Position numbers and translations under genes: made by a program. DNA of 61,873 nucleotides, the filler included, from Sphacelaria rigidula (Eukaryota): assembly GCA_964200075.2 (NCBI GenBank). It is 9 parts of 9 records of this genome, joined end to end, with 100 filler letters (N's around TTAATTAATTAA, not from the genome) between each part and the next. Parts side by side here need not be neighbours in the genome. Positions count along the whole stretch, not along the records: positions 6,887 to 13,672 come from CAXNAA020018085.1; positions 13,773 to 20,558 come from CAXNAA020018086.1; positions 20,659 to 27,444 come from CAXNAA020018087.1; 6 more parts are not named here. One strand, given 5' to 3'. The first letter of the stretch is position 1; each line of letters opens with the position of its first letter. Positions 12,795-26,538 of the stretch are shown piece after piece. Under the pieces are notes generated by a model that was not told the DNA's origin, searched no databases, and worked only from the letters and a program-made list of their open reading frames with translations.

Positions 12795-13655
12795 GGGGGT
12801 GGTCGGGGTGGGTGGGGGGCGTACTCCTTCGTTGCTTGTCTTATTCGTTTGACCATTCACCACGCATCCCCTGTGAGACGGAGCACCGTTCCTACTCCTA
12901 CTAGAGACACCTCCAACATTTAGGTGCTCATTACGCCTCTTCCGTATACTACACAGAGACCTTTTACATATTCATCCCCGTCTTGTTTTGCCGTGTGTGG
13001 CCACCATCTCTCCCCTAGTGTAGCCACTGTTTCCTCGCTACAACAGTACTGACTGATGCATCAAACGATTTCATGCCGCCTTCTTTCACGTCCCGCGTTT
13101 CCCCCTACAGGTCCCGTTCCTCCTTGTATAGTTCACATTCTGCCACTTCATGACTTCTGCTCTCCAGTAACGTGTAGACTCCCCCCTTTGTTTTTGCCGT
13201 GGAAAAACACGAACGTTTTGCGGAAGAATTCCGAAATTAAGGTAATAGTAGTTATACCATATCTGGAATATTGAGACGTACCCGCGGTCGCAACATGAAC
13301 TAACCCAACCCCTCTAATGAGACCACCTGATGAATCAGTTGATTGACAGATGGATTGATTGTCGCACGCCATCTACTCCCCTACCTAGGCATCAAAACGT
13401 AGTGACGAGACATGGATGTATCGAAGGTCAACAGAACGGACAGTCTGAAGGAACGTCAAAAAGGAGCGAGGGGGGCGTACTCATCTCTTGCTTGCCCAAG
13501 TCGGTTGAACATTAACTACGCACCCCTTTCGAGATGAAGCAGGGGCGACGGGGGGGTACTCATGATATTGCATGTCGTGGTCATAATATCATTGACCTCG
13601 CATCTTACAAAGTCAGGGCGGAGCACGCCGGGTTTTAACCGGACCAGGCTCAGGG
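12795..13655 (-). repeat. Three 3'-end fragments of the ATCATGAGTACGCCCCC repeat family (about 12795-12886, 13470-13540, 13550-13655)
   Basis: Reverse complements match GTGCTCCG...GATGCG.GGT.AATG...GCA...ATGAGTAC(G)CCCCC, the 3' end of the units at 38281-38610 and 48256-48573. Confidence 0.65.
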
Positions 13656-14580
13656 GGGGGCGGGGCGGGGCGNNNNNNNNNNNNNNNNNNNNNNNNNNNN
13701 NNNNNNNNNNNNNNNNTTAATTAATTAANNNNNNNNNNNNNNNNNNNNNNNNNNNNNNNNNNNNNNNNNNNNATTTCATGCCACCTTTCTTCACGTCCCG
13801 CATTTCCCCCTCTAGCACGTCCCGTTCCTCCGTGTATAATGGGGGGGTGGTAGCACTGTTGGGACCGCGTTCGGGCTGGCAGGTTCCGGTTCTTTACTAA
13901 ATACTATATACTCAATGCAACCAAGCTCAATCACAAGTTACTTGGTTTTAGAATGGGTTGAACGGGGGAGAAGAGTCACTTCACGTGCAGAGCACACCCA
14001 AGCACAAGCAGCGAAAAACAAAACAGCAGTCGCGGTCTCGGCAAGTTTTGGTTTGGTGTTGGGCGAAGTACGCTGTGTAAGCGAACATAAACCGCTTGAT
14101 CCATTGGTTGATGCAACTTGATCATGAATCCTAGCAAACCCAAGTGAGTCGGATGACTCAAGTTCGGCACCCCAACACCAGAACAAGCAGAGCCAAAGAT
14201 TATGACATATATAGATAAGTAGTGCACTTGTTTCTGTTTCGATCGTCCTATACTAACATGTGCATGTTTTTTTTTAATAAGTCGCCTGTGACCCACAGAC
14301 GGTGCGAAGGTTATATATACAAGATATATACATAGCTAGTCACTTGTTTCTGTTTCGATTGTGTCCTATACTCAAATATATATGAAAAGAATCCCAATTG
14401 CACCGTCTGTGTTTCACAATGATGACGAATATCCCAGCGAGTGCACTATACCTATGTACATATCTCATAACCTTTGAGCAGAGCCAAGGACTTTTCGCAA
14501 AAACGCGACTAAAAACTGAAACCGTCAAAAACGCGGTGGGGGAAAAAAAGTTGATTGAGTCGGGGCAAAAAATCGAGGCA

Positions 14581-14955
14581 GGGGAGGGGGACAGTTGTGA
14601 CGAATCACAAACCCTTCACCCATCTGTGACCGCAGCAACCACTGCAACGGCCGCATTATTGTGGCTTAGGGGGTGTAGCCGGAGAATCTGCGTAATTGAT
14701 TTGGCGTAATCATTTTTACTCGATTACTTGAATAATCTTGAATAATCGAAGAACTATTGATAAATTAATCGAGAACACTCAACACTGCTCACACAATTGC
14801 ACACCATCCAAGTTTATTCATGAAACACACGAACAAACCACGGACGGCTCGTGCGCGTCGTTTCGACAGCGTCTTGCTGAGCAACTGACGCCCAAAGGCT
14901 GATGAACAGGTGTCTCGTTTGAGAAAAAAAAAAATCAAATCAGGAGCTGCTGTGG
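14581..14955 (+). repeat. Dispersed ~375-bp non-coding repeat, copy 1 (copy 2 at 26971-27345)
   Basis: Near-colinear identity from GGAGGGGG.CAGTTG.GACGAA through CTGTGACCGCAGCAACCACTGCAACGGCCGCA to AAATCAAATCAGGAGCTGCTG. Both copies are followed by G-runs. Confidence 0.9.
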
Positions 14956-17359
14956 GGGGAGGGGGGGTAGTGTGGGTCCAGGAATATTTTTTCCATGCGC
15001 CCTTGGTGAGAAGCGTAAACCAGCGCTTGTAGGTGATACAAGTACAGTACCAGCGGTACACACGTACTCCGACCCCCTGACCTTTGCACGAGACTGCCAT
15101 GCGCTCCATCAGGGAATTTCTTCCGACTGTAAAACAGCTGTTGCCAATCACCCGTGTCCAACTGATGTCCACTCGCGTCTACGCGACACCCTCTGAAACT
15201 CACGAGACTGTCAGCGAAAAATCGGAATAATTAGCATGGTAGATACAAGAGGTAATGGAGCCTGGTTTGGGCAATTGGTATCTCTGCAGTTTGGTCCTGT
15301 GGAAATGGAGGATTTTACATGGATGGGTGTAGAAGAACCACGGCGCCAGTAACGTTAGCACTTCACAATATATTACGGCAAAAAACATGCATACCGCCAT
15401 TGACTGTACGAGCTGTCTGCTGTCCCCTCCTACCTCTCCACACCCCGCGCCCTACTGTACATCTGTACATGTCTCAGTTCCCCTGCTACAGGCAGCTTGG
15501 GCCGCCGTGACGCAAGTGTCGGTGGCATCTATCTGCACATGCACGGCGCGATCTGCCATCGAAAACACGAGAAGCACCGATCTTGTGCTTCGGTCTTGCC
15601 TCTGTCCATGAACTGCACGTTGTATTTTTGTATTTTCCAACACAAAGATAGGTTAGTACACCTGACCGTACCTCACATCAGGTTCGGCCGATCGCTGTCT
15701 CTGTCGCCAACAGTTTGTCGTTCACATTTTTTTTAGCGAATGGCTCGTGATGGAAGCTGTTTTCTAAAACCACGAGTTGTTGGAGGTTATGTTTCAACGA
15801 CCAAGGGGTGCAGCGTCCAAGTGGGCAACTGGACTATGCGTCGAGAAATCGCATGGCCGAGCAAGCGCGGGTTGTCGATAAGTGGTGCCTACTTTCGCTT
15901 GAAAATACCTTCCGCACTCTCGTCTATTTTGGGTGTGTGGCTTGTAGTTTGGCTCACCGCATTGCACTTGTGTGTATTCAAGGACGCACGAGCACGACTC
16001 GGATAAAACGCAAAAAAACGATTTTCAAAATGCCACAACACTCGCGCATCAAACACGACAGACGCCACGAGTTACACAAATCAACGTGACTAACTTACCA
16101 AGGACGCAGCCGCTCGCTTGTTGAGCTCAGCAGAGGAATGCTTAGTCGGCTTGGCCTTCCGCGGCATGGTAGAGTATTAGGCCCCAACTGTCCGCGTTGT
16201 GTGCTGTCTCGCCAGCCGGCTTGGCAGTCAGACGACGAACGCCAAATTTCAAGTCCCGTCAATCACACGGCAAGGCACTTTCGTTTTGAGTTTACGGGCT
16301 GCCTGTTGGTGCTGCGTAACCGGAAAGACACTACACCACAAGTTCTAGAACGTGTATTAGCTGGCGTCGGAGTCCACCGGCGTGCTCTGGGACGTCGGTG
16401 CTTCGGCTGGGAGATGCAGCATCAGACCCTCGTCGAAAGTGTCATCATTTATTTGTTCAAAATAACATGTGTCATTCATTTAAGTTCCCTGTCCTTACCA
16501 ACAAGCAGCAGACAACACCCAAAAAACAAAACCCGGCGGAGTCGTCAAACAAGTGGCCGGAACAGAAAATCGCAACAAAGCTGATAAGCAGCTATGGGAG
16601 GTATTTGAGCCTATGATTCGAATGACATCTGGCTTTATTCGACGCTATACGGCGCACAAACCAGTGATGGGTATCCGCCCCGACGTAGCTCGCACAGATG
16701 GCAGTGCTCAATTTTTGGATATTCCGAATATATCCGTCCGGGACGCGGTCGAAGCTTACCGGAAAGATTACTGACCACTGTCTGCACGAGCTCATGTCTC
16801 AGCACACTGAAACCCTAAACTTAAAAAAGTAGCTGTATACTCGCCATTGTTTGAGGTCAAGATTGCATCGATCACCCGTAGGATATAAAGGATGAAAAGT
16901 ATCTGTAGTATGATTTTCACTCCACCGCGGTATTTCCATCAACTATACAGCAAGAGTTTGTTCCGGCAGAACCTGGAGTGGACTGGTAGCCACGTGTCTT
17001 CGCTACACAGGCCAACTTGAATTTGCCACTGCAGCAGCTATGTCGATCGTGATACTCCCAACTGCACAGGGGGTGTTCTTAGAACATGTGACATGCGGTG
17101 TAACAGTGAACAAATCGGGGGTGATATCCAAGTTGAGCAGGTTATGATTGCGCCGCATTCAGGTTTTCGTTTTTATATTACAGGCTGGTTCACGCTCTCA
17201 CCCAAAACTGTGTCATCAACAAATGTCTTTCGCAATACCTACCCGAAAGTCGCATACATGACATCACACTGAACGCCATGGACAGCTGAAGAGCGTGACA
17301 AAGTCGGATTTGTGTGTATGGTCATAGTGATACGAGTAGCACTACGGGCGAAAAAATAT

Positions 17360-17560
17360 ATCGGCCAATCAGCGCCCGTGAAATTGTTCCGAGATCGAAA
17401 TCACGAGTTCCAAGCCCAATTTTCATCCAATTTCCACATGCTTCAAATCGTAGTAACAGTCATCGGCTCGGGAATCTGACGAAACAGACATATTTCTAAA
17501 AGGTTACTACGGGGGTCGAATTATTATACCCGAAACCGTGATGTTTCGGTGATGTCGAGT
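17360..17560 (+). repeat. Diverged dispersed repeat (second copy about 21060-21290)
   Basis: Shared TCGGCCAATCAG..AAATTGTTC.GAGAT..CAATTTTCA.CCAAT..TAGTAAC..GATCTGA..ACCC.GAAAC. Confidence 0.6.
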
Positions 17561-17924
17561 GTTGACGTCGTCTAATTTCCACTAATTATACGCACGAAAC
17601 AACCAGGGAGCCTCGTGACTGTGTCACATATAGCTGCTGTAGAAAAGCTCAGATCGTCCTCAAATTTGCCAGTTCCGTAGGTATTGATGCTCCAAATGGA
17701 AAAATTGTAGTCTTGACAGTATTTCATAGTTTCCCCGTTCCCTACCGCCTTCCGGGCGTCCCAGTATGAAGACCCCCGGAAGGCGGTAAAGAATTCCCCC
17801 CCCCCCCCAAAAAAATGGTGCGTCCCGGAATAGACCAAGGATAACATGTACAAGTTTAGTTGAGAAAATCGAAAACCTCATACAGTTTTTCTTGCCTTGA
17901 CGTAAAATTCACCCCAAAAGACGC

Positions 17925-18670
17925 TTCTATACTAAAACCAAGTAGTTACGAGTTGCACGTTTCAAGCCCCCGTCCTCCACAAACGCGCAAACCTTCACGC
18001 TGCTATCAGGAGTTAGACCCTGAAACTTCGCACAACTATGCTATGTGTCATTACGCAACTTTCTATGGACGAGGTTTTTCTACTTCTGAGTTTCTCACCT
18101 ATTTCGGGGGTTCGACGGGATCCAAGTCGGGTTTTTTTCGAAGTAGTCTCCATTCTGGGAACCCGGAAAACCGGCATTATTTGATATATACATGTATCCA
18201 CAAACGATCTGTCGCCGCATAACCCTAGGAAGGGCCCCACAATATTTCGTCGCAAAACTCAATCAACTGATGCTTGAATCTTTCATGTTCACGTCGAAGA
18301 AGGCCCGAAAACGCCCTTTTTCTACTAAAATCAAGTAGTTTGCGGTTTCATCGCGGCACGGCAAAGTTCATCGCACAGAAGCGAAAAACCTCACGCCGTT
18401 CTAAGGAATTAGACCCTAAAATGTTGCACAACTATGCTATGGGTCATTACGCAACTTTGGATGGACGAGGTTTTTTGGGGGGAGTTCTTTTACCGTTTTA
18501 CGGGGTCCGATTGGATCGATGTTTCCCCGAAAAAACTAGGACCCCCGAAAAACGGTGCAAACAGTCGAAAAGCAAAAAACCTCAACCTTCGAAAGTTGCG
18601 TAATGCCCCACAGAACATATGTGCAAAATTTCAGGCTCTGGCTCCTCAAAACGGCGTGAGGTTTTGCCAA
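17925..18670. repeat. Modular repeat: two direct copies (about 17925-18080, 18320-18480) and one inverted copy (about 18575-18670) of a module
   Basis: TTAGACCCT.AAA..GCACAACTATGCTATG.GTCATTACGCAACTTT..TGGACGAGGTTTTT occurs twice, and its complement AAAAACCTC..AAAGTTGCGTAATG..GTGCAAAATTTCAGG follows. Confidence 0.7.
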
Positions 18671-20417
18671 TGAGTGTTTTTCGGGTGATGAGCGTGAACC
18701 AGCCTGTACTCGTGTTGGGGATATCTTCTCCACTAGTCATACACGCATATATTACGTTGCTCGCCGGTAAAAGAAATATTACGGACCTCTTCTACGTGTC
18801 GTTTTCGTTAGGATCGCGCGTGTAGCGTGCCCAAGAAGTGGCCACACAAACGTGTTAGACGCACACATACCGCCGACGTCTCATATCGTCAGCAACATCG
18901 TAAGTTGTCGGCATCACAACATGAACGATTCAGGGATCAAGTGACCATGTCGACCGTCCGGTGGGGTGCAGACGGTTCAGTGCAAAACATGTCGAAGGCA
19001 AAGAGAGCGATGAAGAACGTACTGCGAGATTTTCCCTGAAGTTCACCACATTAAATATATCCGGTCATACCAACCCAAGGACGCACCGCACCATGCACGC
19101 ACAACCATCACTCTGCGCACGAAGCACGTCGTCGATGTGCCACCTCCTCGGCGAGACACCCGTAAAAAGCACAGATCTGTGCGTGTAATCTATTTTCAGA
19201 GAAGGGTACCTCAAAACTGCCCGACAGGTTCAACTAAAACGCAAGAGCACCATCATGGTTGTCACCCGCTTCCGATGTCGAGTCCATTTTTTCCGGCCTA
19301 CTGCACTCGGAACCTGAATCTCCTATCTAGATTCCAGCTGAATATGCTGACCCGCTGCTGATGGGTCCGTTTTGCCCATCGTCGCAACAAGTGAGACTGA
19401 CGCGATCTGTTTCCGGATCCGACCCCCCTACCCCACTCCTCCACCCACGCACCGGCACTGCTGCCCATGGACCCCGAGGTATATGCAACGCTGCCCCCCA
19501 CGAACTGCTCGCTTCATTCACCTCGTCGCCTCCACGGTTCGTCGTGAATCTGTCCCTTCCACGCTGGGACCAGCCGCGTGCACCGCTAATCATGCCGGGG
19601 GTATCAGCAGAGAGAGTCGCGGTGGTGGCCAGCGGAGAGGGCAGGGGCAAGAACCACCTCCCGCCGCTCCGATGCCGGCGACAGTCGTCAGCGCTTTTCC
19701 AAGACTATCGCAGAAATCTACCCGTCCCGCACTGACGTAAATGACACAGAGCATCGGTCTCCAGGCGTCCGCGGTACCGTGTATCGCCGCAGAGGCGCAA
19801 CCTTAACCCCGACTCATGTATCGTTCGGAAACAAGGAGGTTCGAAGACTGAAGTCTTGGCTATGACAATGATTGCTGATTCATGCTTGCCCCCGCTGTTG
19901 TCACCACAGCGCCCGGTGCTATCATGGTAGCGATGGCTGCCGCTGACTCGATGCCGGCGGAGCTCTGCCCTATCCTCATTCTACATAGGCGACGCGGTGG
20001 CAGCACTAGGCGCTGATACGGCGGCGGCATCCGTAGGTTGTGTTGCAGTGGCACCGTCCGGTGGTACGGATGGTGCTGCCATGGCATCCGGTGCTCGTGG
20101 TGGTGCTTCCACGGGGTCCAGAGCTGGTGCTGCGACGTCGCCCGGTGCTACACGGCGGCGCTCGCTACGTCTGCGTTGTTCATCTGCTTCATGCCGAGGC
20201 CATGCTCGAATTAGTACATGGCCGCGATTTTGTCCCACGCTGCCTCGGAGATCACGCTGATGATATGGTGTGCTACACGGTAGCTGATGGCCTCCAATGC
20301 TTTTCTCCCGTCCACACCAAGTGCTTCTGCGATGTGCTCTATCTCCGCCCCCCCAATACCACCGTCCAACTATCACGCAATCTGCATCAGCAGCACCTCC
20401 ATTCTTGCTTTTATTCT

Positions 20418-20481
<64 letters not shown>

Positions 20482-21976
20482 CGCGGGGCGGGGGCCGCTG
20501 TGACCCTATACGAGGTTGAGGCCAGAATTTAAAAATGTAGTTTGATGGTTTTGTTTTTNNNNNNNNNNNNNNNNNNNNNNNNNNNNNNNNNNNNNNNNNN
20601 NNTTAATTAATTAANNNNNNNNNNNNNNNNNNNNNNNNNNNNNNNNNNNNNNNNNNNNCCAATATGAGGCGCTCCGTGCAGCCTGAACCCGAACATCAGG
20701 CACTGTATGACCATTTCTTCGTGACACTTTTAGCTGGTTTTGGGGGGAGGCTATCGTAGAAAGTGTCGTTTGTCCTTATATTTGTTGCCTGTTGTTGCCT
20801 GTCCGCGGGTATGAAATACCCCCGACGACTGTCGGAGGAGGGGGAGGGGGCACAATGTTTTTGTTTTCCGGATCCTGCGTCATGCCGTCGCTATTTTTGA
20901 TTCCTCCTTCAAGCTGGTTGAGGGATCAACTCGCCACAAGCCACAGAATGCAAAACTGCCCCGATACGAACATATTTGGTATCATAGTGACCCCCACGAG
21001 CAAGTGGCCAGTGTGACATGGCCAGATTTTTCTTGCCGTGGCGCTGGTAGTGAGAATGTTTCTCGGCCAATCAGGAGCCTTCAAATTGTTCGGAGATTCA
21101 AAATGCGAATTCCTGACTCAATTTTCACCCAATCTTATCACGAATCGAACCTTAGTAACCGCCATCAACTAGGGATCTGAAGCTAAAACAGATTTGACAA
21201 CGGTTTGTGTGGGATCGAGCCATACCCCGAAACGTGGTATTCCGGCCATGTGGGGTTTCGGCGTCGTCGGATTTCCACCGATGACACGCATCGAAGTCCC
21301 AGAGAGCCTCTTGACGCTTTTCCTGGTAACTTTTCGTAACAAAGCTTACAGTCGATGCCGTGTCGCGTACTTTTTTATTGGGGGCGCACAGGCGTTTCGT
21401 TACTTGTCGGTACAAGAACTAGGTCTCTCATGACTTAATTTTTCATTGCGAGTAAAGGCTTCGACTTGACCGTCTTCGTTCGGCCGTTGTATGTCTTTGC
21501 GATGTTTCAATCTTTTCGCTTGTACCTGTCATTATCTCTAACGAAACCTCACGGCTCTAGCGTACTTGTTTCCAACTACACAAGCAAGACAACGCTCGTG
21601 GATCTGTTCAAACAACTCCGATCGCATTTCATCTGACGTACCGCAGGCAACGAAGAGCGTTCGATTTTTTTCTTCGGACGTGGGCCTGCGGCGAGATCGG
21701 GTGGGGAAGGATTTGACGCGTCGAACGAGACTCAGGTCGCGCACATATTTCTTTGGAGGGCGGAGGGTGCAAAATATGCTCTGGAAATGATGAATCACTG
21801 GCTAGTGAGTCGCGTTCGGAGTTGCTCGAACAGGTCCACGAGCATGCATACAAGGCAGGGGTTTGGGTAACGCATGGGACTCCAACAAAACAATTGCCTG
21901 CCAGTAATTTTGTCATCGTGACCCTACTAATGGTTTATGTTATGATCGAGATTTTTGTTCCTTGTAGAAAATATTA

Positions 21977-24350
21977 GGTTCCACTAACTCGTTGTGCTCA
22001 TCACGGACACACCATGTATGACGTTACCGATCATGAAGAAGAGTTGCTCGTACCTACTCGAAATGGTGGGGCCCTTCCCCGAGTTGAGGTGGAAGATCAA
22101 GATAACACTTGAGGACAGTGAGAGAACGACTACAGTGTCGGAGGACGTGCGATTGAATCGACCCAAACTACGCAAAGTTTCGATTCTCGCACTGGCTGAT
22201 ATGGGTGTCGACACCAGCCCCATAGCGCCTTGCCAACGTACGATTCGACCAGCCGACCTACGGCGAAACGTCGTGGCTGATGTGTACCCTTTCTTCCGCC
22301 GTGTGAGCCCATCGGCCCCACTCCAGCACGGCTTGAACTTCCACCGTCTCATCGACGAAGCGAGTGCAAATTTGCCAGGTGGGTGGGCTGTTGCTGTTCG
22401 CGACACCGTGGTCGACAGCTGGAGACAATTGCGTAAAGAGGGGCCGTAATTCCTCAGCTTGTATGAAGCGGGTGGAGTTCTGATGGAGGAGTGCAGGGTC
22501 ACGGCGGCAAGTTTGAAGAGGTTGCAGGAAAATGTTGATGCCTCAACGGGCAGTAGGCGGGATGGGTCGTTCGGCAATCGGCGGGTGCGACGGGGAATAT
22601 CGTCACTGGCGCGACGTAGATAAATATGCACAGTGCCTCCGCAAAATGTTGGCGACAGCTGCTGGTGCGAAGGCCTCAGTGGAGCACCGACTCTGCCCCC
22701 CTTGTTCGCTCTTGGTCCCCGACTCAGCCGAGCGTGGAATCCAAGGGGTGAACTGTGGAGATGAAGTACTACTCGCATACGGCAAGGTAGGCAATAAGCA
22801 ATCACTGAAATCTATTCGCCATACGCGCTGGCCCAGATTCAAAAGTGTTTTGGCGCGCAACCGCCTTTTCACGGCCCGTTTTCGAGAGTTTGAGAAGATG
22901 GAGATTCGAAACATGTTTCACATAATCAAGCATCAAAACGTGCAGCGGTATCCGACAGAATAAAAAAAGGACAGATTATAATCCGTCCAACTTTGTGACG
23001 AAACAAGTGGTATGTCAGAACTGGGCGTACGTATGTTGATATTTCGACGACCGCACTCATTTTCAGCGCATTGACGTCGGGAACGTACGTGTAAAACATC
23101 AGATCAAAGCTCCTCCAATTGGGCCACGTATTCCACTTTTTGTGTGACACCGGTGCCCCCCGTGGTCTACCTAGTACAAGAGGCTTCCACAGGGGCTGAC
23201 GGCCTTAAGACAATCTACAGGCACTTCATATGTCTCGATAAAAATCTTGTCGAAAACTGCCTTTTTCGCCCTTGTCCGTCGTTTTACGCCTGGAAAGACG
23301 GCTAGGCTGATTTTGACACCTGGGAATGACTTGCTCTACTTGTTGAGACCGTTCTTGGGCACCCTTGCATTTTCCGGTATCCGCAGTTTTTCTCTTGGCC
23401 ACAGTTGCATTTTCAATAACAAACAGTCAGGTGATAAGAAAATCATGGGAGAATATGCTATTTTTCAAAATAATTTCACCGTGGCCTAACGCGGGGTTTT
23501 ACGAATTGAGGATGTTTTTTTTATATGTATGTCACCGGTCTACGGCAATCTCCGTCGTGTTTTTGGTGCAGGCCAAGACTTATTCGCTGCCGAAGTACGA
23601 CCGCCCATGACCGCATGAAGGAGAAAGCAGGTGCGGGTATTGAATGCTGCTATCGTCTCTTTTTCAATCTATGTTTAGAGTTGCGAAGATTCGGTCGAAC
23701 TCGGCTCCCTTGTTTCCCGCGCAGTGTGTTATTCCTGTTTCGTCACGATGTACATACGGTAGTATGCTGCTGTTTGAAAAACGCCCGCTCCGTTACATCA
23801 TCTTACATTTTCTTCTCCTATTGCTGTATGTTGCCGTCATCATTCCTGCAGTGCGTACTCCACCTGGTGCAGCAGGGTTTGAGGCCCCCGTCCATGTAGT
23901 GAAGTGCTTGCAGATTGCACTATGCGGTTGCAATCCTGGAGAAAGGGCGAATGAAGAGGAATTGGTTCAACGCTACGGCCAACGCTACGGCCTTCCCTTC
24001 AACACCAAGCCATGCACAAATCCCCACGTTCGACAACCTCATCGGGTTCGCGGAAAGTTCACCGGACTGTACCTATCCCCCGACGGACCTCATGAAACGA
24101 ATCATGCCCCCCAGTGTCGAGCTTGTGTTTGATGGGATCAGGAGGTGTGGCGAGTTGGCGGGCGTCGATCTCAATGCCCACGAGTAGAACCACTCCGAGA
24201 AAGAAAAAATATTGCGTTCTCTGGACATGATGGGCTGTGAATCGTTCGGTTTCATGTCGGCTCTCGTGAATGAGCTCGAGAACCAGGCCATCAACCGCAA
24301 GACGGTGGGTTGCCTCGTGGAGAGCGTAGCCGGGCACCCCAAATACGATT
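21977..24350 (+). pseudogene. Degraded, intron-containing transposase-like gene, probably KDZ (Kyakuja-Dileera-Zisupton) family
   Basis: Coding-like segments with internal stops and frameshifts show, in order, GCDGEYRHWR, GIQGVNCGDEVLL, (stop-stop)SACRLH and LAGVDLNAHE*NHS...SLDMM...F.FM..L.NELEN, which parallels the KDZ motif order. Motif-level inference only. Confidence 0.4.
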
Positions 24351-25720
24351 TTAGTGTGGGACTCCTGGGGGTGCTTTTGTAGGACTCCCCTGATGCGATC
24401 TTTCGATCGGTTCGGTAGAATTGTCGTGAAGTTTTTGAGTAAGACTTGATGTTTTAAGGCTTACGGATGATGATTTTTGCTCGAAGCTCCTGTTGCCGAT
24501 GCAGGAAGATACGTATCGAGGTTTACGGTTGAAAGGGCCGATGGTACCATATTTGTGCTGGTAAGCTGCGATATGGCGTGGTTTTCTTTTTTTCGTTTGG
24601 TGGTGTTGGTAATTAAGCGAGCGAACTTCACGACTTTGCTTTGATCTGATCGGAAATGACGTAAACGCTCCAGAGTATTCCATCAGTTTGATTTTATCCC
24701 GAGAGGGAATTTAATCAAACTGAGTGTATGGGGGCATGTTTGTAACCGCCGTAAACGGTACAAGCATCCTCCACCCCTGGTCGGGCTACCCACCGGCAGC
24801 CATCAACCAGCCCTCCGGGTTCACTTGTCGAGTAGCTAGCCCATCCTCGTACTGACCCTCCGCCACAACGCCGCGATCCATAACAATTTGGCCACTATTT
24901 GAGTGCATTTCCCCGTATCATAGTACTTGTACATTTTACCCTAAACAGCTGGTATTACCAACGCAGGTTCTCAACAATTTTAACTTCCCGACGACACAAC
25001 ATCACACACTCTCACCACGTCAGCATCTACTGGGTTGTAGTTGGGGGGGGGTGTAGTTGTGTGTGACATTTAAACTTTGAGGAGACATATATGTACATGT
25101 ACCATTTCACATTTTTCACCACTTTTGCCGAGTGTTCTCGGGCTGCAAAGGCATCTTAGCCCGCGCTTTCTTTTGCAGTGCACAAAGGAGGGTCAGCGGT
25201 ACATTACAGTTCAGGTTTGGGTGTCATCTGATACCTGTGGCGCGTGTTCTTGCCATCGAAAGTTGCCCACACTGGCTCTTTTTTGCGGGGTGTCGATCCC
25301 GAACCACAAAAGCCTTTCCAAGATAGTGGAAAGCTTCAGATAAGAGCCATAAAAGCCCGCTCATGGCGGGGTATTTTTTCACCGTTTTTTCCTTGCGTTC
25401 TCGATTATTTGGGAACACGAAGACGGTTGTTATGCAGCGAATGTCACGAGCACATGAGAGCAAAGCAGTTGAAAACAGCTGGACATTGCCTTGACTTAGT
25501 CAGCAGCAAACACGAGTCGAATGATCTGAGATCCCTCAATATTTAGTTTTGACGTAAAGCCTCTAACACGGTCATATCTGCGTAATATGTGCCCCAATTA
25601 TGCGAACGTAACAATCCACAAAAAAAAGCATCGTGAAGAACACTGAAAAATGTGTAGGTTGGTATTAGAGGAAGGGGTCACAGTCACAGCTGCAGCAGGG
25701 GAAGTCGCTGATGGCCCGGT

Positions 25721-26138
25721 GAGAGTAGTTTCAGATTCAGAGTGGATGCTCTAGCGTTCCTAACAGGCAAAATTTTCCCCTTTTTTTGCTTGAGCACACG
25801 TGCTGTTCATGAAGCTACCGTAAAGTACCCCATTCGAAGAATTCGGCGGTCTGGTTGGTGAGAAGACCCACAAAGCATTTTTACGCCTGGGGGGCATTTC
25901 GAAACTGAAACTGGTTCAGGCACTAATCGGTTTTTCCTGAAGGAGGGGATTTTTTGTCGCAATGAACTGACTACGTCGTTGCGATCAAGTGATGTGTCAA
26001 GTTGATCGTGTAGGTGACAGCTTTCGTTGAAGCCACCGCTTCACCAGCTGGGCGCATTGCTCCTCGAACTGTGGCGATATCAAAATCGACGGGAAAGTCG
26101 ATTGTTTCGGGTCTCACTCTGAATCTGAAACTACCCTC
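25721..26138. mobile_element. MITE-like element with 24-bp terminal inverted repeats
   Basis: GAGAGTAGTTTCAGATTCAGAGTG (25721-25744) and CACTCTGAATCTGAAACTACCCTC (26115-26138) are 23/24 complementary. No clear TSD. Confidence 0.65.
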
Positions 26139-26538
26139 TCAATCTCACGAATATAGTGCTATTTGAATTCGTGTCAAACTTCCGGCTCCGATTGTACTTG
26201 AGCATGACCGCGGCTTCGATCCGGTTACCTAACGCCCTCTCCTGGCGGGAATCCAAACACCCCCTCAAAAGGGAAAACACTCGCTCCATAAACGCGGACG
26301 ATGGCTGAATAAGTACGATGATATCCATCGCCACGAGATACCAAGCGGGAAGCCTTGTTTTGTTATCGTCCCAGAGCGACAGCAAACCGTAATTTGAGTG
26401 CGCGCCCGCGGCCGCGACCAAAAAGTCATCCTTCTCGGACAAAAGGCCCTCCGTGACCTCAGGGGTCACGAAGAAGGGGAAAACAGCAAGCTGGCGGACC
26501 TCCTCCCCGGTGTAGCCTGTACGCTGCTTCATATACAC
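26131..26538 (-). mobile_element. hAT transposase fragment (C-terminal dimerisation domain)
   Basis: LLSLWDDNKTRLPAWYLVAMDIIVLIQPSSAFMERVFSLLR...IEAAVMLKYN contains the hAT W..P..A..PSSA..ERxFS signature. No upstream catalytic region is visible. Confidence 0.85.

Noticed and set aside
12191..12856. 221-aa ORF
   Set aside because: It runs through a MITE end, the (CCCGT)n tract and a repeat fragment, and has no protein motifs.
16553..16774. 73-aa ORF with protein-like composition
   Set aside because: No recognisable motif or phase-linked neighbouring exons.
20419..20480. Very long C-run (also G-run 27346-27381) and the poly-Pro/poly-Gly ORFs they create
   Set aside because: They lie near contig ends where homopolymer length is unreliable, and there is no coding support.
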